NCBI GenBank assembly: GCA_008369845.1
Contig: MRSU01000422.1
Location: 1-53,339 of the forward strand
Length of the DNA stretch: 53,339 nt
Source of the DNA: Trichomonas gallinae
Taxonomy: Eukaryota
Direction: 5' to 3'
The notes under the pieces are model-generated. The model ran no database searches, was not told the origin of the DNA, and worked only from the letters and a program-made list of their open reading frames with translations. The number at the start of each line of letters is the position of its first letter. The first letter of the stretch is position 1. Positions 49,889 through 53,339 of this stretch are shown here, in pieces. The position numbers and the translations under genes are program-made.

Positions 49889-50470
49889 ATGTTTGGGCTG
49901 TTCTTTTTCCTCAGCGTATTTGGATCATCCAGAAAACTAGAAAATCTTGTCGAAAAATATAGAGAGCAGTTGAAGGAGAATTCGACAATTGCTAAAGAAG
50001 AACAAGCAATTTTATGGTCTTTAGCAGAACTCGCTCGCCAAGTTGATAAGAGTGTTACTGCTGAAGAGGTTGAGTTCGAAATTGGTTCAAAGATTAACGA
50101 AATTTTAGAAAGAGTAGAAATCGCTGATGCTTTATTAAGGAAAGACTTCAATGCTATGCGTGTAGAGTTCGCTACAACAAAGGCTGCCGTCGCAGAGCTC
50201 GTTGAAAGTGCAAAGAAACAGATTGTCGATGATATGGAGTTGTTCAAGAAGCAACTTATCGAATCTTTACAAGCTCTTGTTGATACAAGTGGACAGGCCC
50301 AGGATAACTGGATCAGAAGCTCATATGATCGCGTACGCGATACATTCGGAAGCTTAAGAAGCTCTTCTCTCACAAGATCAATTATCTTCTTTGTTTGCTT
50401 CCAAATCCTTCTCATTTTCGGCCTTGTATTCTATAAGAAGCTTGATAACCAATTAAGGATGTTCCTCTAA
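49889..50470 (+). CDS. type I membrane protein: signal peptide, coiled coil, C-terminal TM (ERGIC-53-like stalk/tail, no lectin domain)
   Basis: MFGLFFFLSVFG signal-like start; heptad-rich middle; IIFFVCFQILLIFGLVFY TM; tail KKLDNQLRMFL. Inr GTCATTTT at 49874; stop within TAAA. Confidence 0.75.
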   Translation: MFGLFFFLSVFGSSRKLENLVEKYREQLKENSTIAKEEQAILWSLAELARQVDKSVTAEEVEFEIGSKINEILERVEIADALLRKDFNAMRVEFATTKAAVAELVESAKKQIVDDMELFKKQLIESLQALVDTSGQAQDNWIRSSYDRVRDTFGSLRSSSLTRSIIFFVCFQILLIFGLVFYKKLDNQLRMFL

Positions 50471-50664
50471 ATAAAAACTTAAACTATATTAAATTTAATA
50501 AATCTACGAATCAAAGAACCACAAAATACACATCCTGAAGACGAAAGAAATACATGGAATAATAAAAAAAAAATGTAAAATGAAATCATACGAAATATTT
50601 TTTTTAGCTTAATAATAAAACAAAACATAATATATGAACAACAAGTATATGAGGCTGAGATCTC

Positions 50665-51423
50665 TCAAACTGTAGTAAAATGTTTGAAGAAATTATCAAA
50701 TATTATTCCAGCAAATCCTTGTATGAATTGAGATTCGTTCTCAGAGTGAACGTAACGTTTTGATTTGAACATTCCGACTTTAGCAATACGCATATATATC
50801 AAAGCACCAATAACGCAAGCAAGAAGGAAAACAATAATCCATGCAAGACATCCATTAAGACAAGCGCGTCCTAGCATGGAATTAGCAAGCTTATTAGCTT
50901 TGGATGTTTCGTCGATGATATTATCAACATTTCTATCTATTCTCACGAGTGCCTGTCTATCTTCTTGCAGGGTGTTCATTGCCTTCTCTTGTCCAGCTAT
51001 AACTTGACCGCCGAGTCCAATAGCTTTTGATAAATTGGAGTTCGCATTATCTAATTTTGCTGCTGTTCGATTTAATAGGTCTTGATCGGCTCCACTTCTT
51101 TTTTGTGCTTCTGCGATAAGGATGAGGCGCTTTACTTCCTCATCCATTTTATTATATGCTTGTAAAAGTGCTTTATGTGATTCTCGACAAGTTTTAATAT
51201 CTTGGGTGAAGAACTCTCGATCTCTCATTGGCATGGTTTGTATCAGTCTGTCCATTTCGGTTATATTATTTTGACATTGATTTAATTCTCTTAAACCACG
51301 AGAAACAGCATTTTTCTTTTGTTCTAGATCATAAGACTCAAACTCGTCTTTCGTGTTATCGAGCTGATCAAGGCGGCTGTGAACCTGGCTGAGAAGAGCA
51401 TCAAACCTCGATCCGTTCGCCAT
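50665..51423 (-). CDS. Qb-SNARE, Vti1-like
   Basis: Helical Habc-like N-terminus (EMDRLIQTMP..DR); SNARE motif G.KAMNTLQEDRQALVRI...I..ETSKANKLANSM; TM WIIVFLLACVIGALIY. Confidence 0.75.
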   Translation of the reverse strand: MANGSRFDALLSQVHSRLDQLDNTKDEFESYDLEQKKNAVSRGLRELNQCQNNITEMDRLIQTMPMRDREFFTQDIKTCRESHKALLQAYNKMDEEVKRLILIAEAQKRSGADQDLLNRTAAKLDNANSNLSKAIGLGGQVIAGQEKAMNTLQEDRQALVRIDRNVDNIIDETSKANKLANSMLGRACLNGCLAWIIVFLLACVIGALIYMRIAKVGMFKSKRYVHSENESQFIQGFAGIIFDNFFKHFTTV

Positions 51424-52090
51424 GTTTTTCTAAAAATTTTCGATTTCTTTTCAGAGATTCACAAAGAATAATACTCAATAAGCTTAAATTTTTAGTCAAA
51501 AATCGATTTACATTGATAAGCACGATATCGTCTTTTGATTTATGTCATGTAAAATATTTTTATGTCAAACATTTTATCATTCTGGTTATATAAGTCTATA
51601 CTCTGTTTGATAAATGTTAATTGGTATCCAGTTTTTGGTACACTTATGTGACCTTTCGTTTCAGACCCGACTTTTGAAATTCAGTCTATTTTCGCACCAA
51701 ATTAATCATATAATACTTATTTTCTTTTGAGAATGAATATATAATCACTATATCGAGTAATGATATTGTTTTTGGAAGAAGAATAGGAAAGATCGTTGAA
51801 GTAAAGAGACTCAAGTTTAAACTTGAGCAATTTTAGTGAGAGCCCATTGCAGATAGAAGAAAATAAATATTTGTATGATTCACAATGCAATATCCAAGAA
51901 AATAAGAATCATACAAGTTTCAAATCTATTAGTTTTAATTAAAATTTTGAAACATCCAATTCATCACCTAATTATATTATTTATAAATCAATCAAAGCTA
52001 ATATGCTTTAGAAATACACAGATAAATAGTAAAACTCATATTAATAAAAAATTATATAAATTTGCGTTATGCATGTACACTTGGAACAGT

Positions 52091-52405
52091 TTACTTAGCT
52101 TGTTCTAAGACCTGCTTGGCCTCAATAACATTTGGATCATCTGGGAAGCCATTAGCTTCATTCAATGAAGCCTGAAGCTTGGCAGTGAAGTCCTTAAGGC
52201 GGCGCTCACAGTCCTTGATCATTGCTTCGGATTCTTCGCGTAATTCGACAAGCTTCTTGTACTCATATGTTCCTGGCTCGTGCTTTGTGTTCTGAACGTT
52301 CTCAGCGCACTCAGCAGCCTCCTTCTCGTAGCTTGCTTTCTCTTTGATGAGTCTCTTGACGGCACCGAGGTTGATCTTAAGCTGGCGGGCAACTTTTGCG
52401 TCCAT
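52091..52405 (-). CDS. TBCA: tubulin-specific chaperone A (cofactor A)
   Basis: RQLKINLGAVKRLIKEKASYEKE, YEYKK..E...ESEAMIKDCERRL. Confidence 0.95.
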   Translation of the reverse strand: MDAKVARQLKINLGAVKRLIKEKASYEKEAAECAENVQNTKHEPGTYEYKKLVELREESEAMIKDCERRLKDFTAKLQASLNEANGFPDDPNVIEAKQVLEQAK

Positions 52406-52716
52406 TTATTTGAATATAAAAAACGAACGTTTATAAAATAATGTTTTTACACTCCCCTCGGGTATTGCATATTTGACATATACACACATAACAAAACCAT
52501 TTTTATGCGAGAAAACTTGAAAATATATGATTATTTTGTTATTTTATTGAATCAATAGACTTAAACATTAAAGATATTGATTATAACACATTTAAAATTT
52601 CACATACATAATTATATATTATAGTAAATTAACATAATCAGCCTATAATCCAAATATTTTAATCAATATCATATTTGATTATCTATATAGATAATATTAA
52701 AGAACACTCTATGCAC

Positions 52717-53010
52717 TTCGTTCTGATTCGATGTTTTACACATCAATGGGTTATGCTCAGTATTTTGTGGTAAGGCATTGAAACAGAACAAACACAGGTC
52801 GCAAATTGATCTTATCCAAAGAAAAATCTCTGTGTGGGCTCTCATCCTCAATGAATTTTTATGAATTATTGAGTTTCATACACGTATTGAGTATGAGATC
52901 GTACGAGAATCTTCTTTTTCAAGATAATCTTCAAAAACTCAAAAATTGTGTTTTGATGTCTGATGTATCAAAAGGTAGTACAAAATACTAAGACTTCGAA
53001 TCAGAACGAA
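52717..53010. repeat. ~294-bp degenerate palindrome/foldback with 15-bp perfect terminal arms
   Basis: TTCGTTCTGATTCGA (52717-52731) / TCGAATCAGAACGAA (52996-53010); nested complementary blocks 52759-52768/52980-52989, 52840-52852/52886-52898 and 52860-52865/52875-52880. Confidence 0.8.
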
Positions 53011-53238
53011 TATAATATAATTTATAAATTAAATCTAATTCTGAGAAAAATAACTGTGTCAGCTCTTTTTCTCAAACAGTGCAAGAGCATCGTTGGTTCA
53101 TTGTACTCGTTGAGACTGAGAGCTGACCAAAATCGTATTCTTTAAAAGTTTTGATTTGGAAAAATCACAAAAAAAAATATTTGACACTTTTAACCTTAAA
53201 AAATAAAAGCAAAAAATTATAAAAATAAAATTTTTGAA

Positions 53239-53339
53239 TCATTGGAAAGACTTCAGAGACTCTCTTGAGACTGTGTATGCCTCAGACATTGCGCCTTCTG
53301 TTGATCTCGCTCGAGATCTAAACTTCGATGAATTTAGAT
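53239..53339 (-). CDS. 3' end of a gene entering from beyond the window (partial)
   Basis: GC-richer terminal stretch; open minus frame LNSSKFRSRARSTEGAMSEAYTVSRESLKSFQ* ends at TGA 53241-53239 and is followed by T-rich 3'UTR-like sequence. Confidence 0.5.
   Translation of the reverse strand, partial: LNSSKFRSRARSTEGAMSEAYTVSRESLKSFQ

Noticed and set aside
51810..51827. Perfect 18-bp palindrome CTCAAGTTTAAACTTGAG
   Set aside because: Up to about one such palindrome is plausible by chance in 53 kb of AT-rich DNA; there is no supporting context.
1..53339. Spliceosomal introns, tRNA/rRNA genes, Maverick/mariner/Mutator transposons
   Set aside because: By eye I found no ACTAACACACAG-type branch/3' splice motif, no cloverleaf or rRNA-like tract and no transposase or integrase ORF. 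Very short introns or degenerate TE fragments could have been missed.

Overview
AT-rich, gene-dense eukaryotic DNA with no introns I could detect, most likely a trichomonad (Trichomonas vaginalis or a relative). The evidence is short intergenic spacers, TCAYW initiators just upstream of ATGs, AAAAGTGAC promoter motifs and TAAA signals overlapping stop codons. I call 26 complete CDSs plus one partial. Recognisable products: GGTase-I beta, ARPC4, TBCA, a tandem coronin (coronin-7/POD-1 type), Rictor, a WDR7-like WD40 protein, a centrin-like protein, a bromodomain-ET protein, an MCRS1-like FHA protein, a NOT-box protein, an RRM protein, an MFSD5-like transporter, a Vti1-like SNARE and a probable Nup188. 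No rRNA, tRNA, CRISPR array or intact transposon was seen. Best leads: (1) a full-length prokaryote-type COG2403/ArcE (arginine synthetase)-like gene whose P-loop is destroyed; (2) a probable homolog of the Dictyostelium Sca1 Ras-TORC2 scaffold in the same window as Rictor; (3) promoter structure, namely a 16-bp-phased AAAAGTG array filling a bidirectional promoter and a recurrent TTACNYGTCA element; (4) a 216-bp-period tandem duplication and a ~294-bp degenerate palindrome in non-coding DNA. All homology calls come from remembered family motifs, not database searches.
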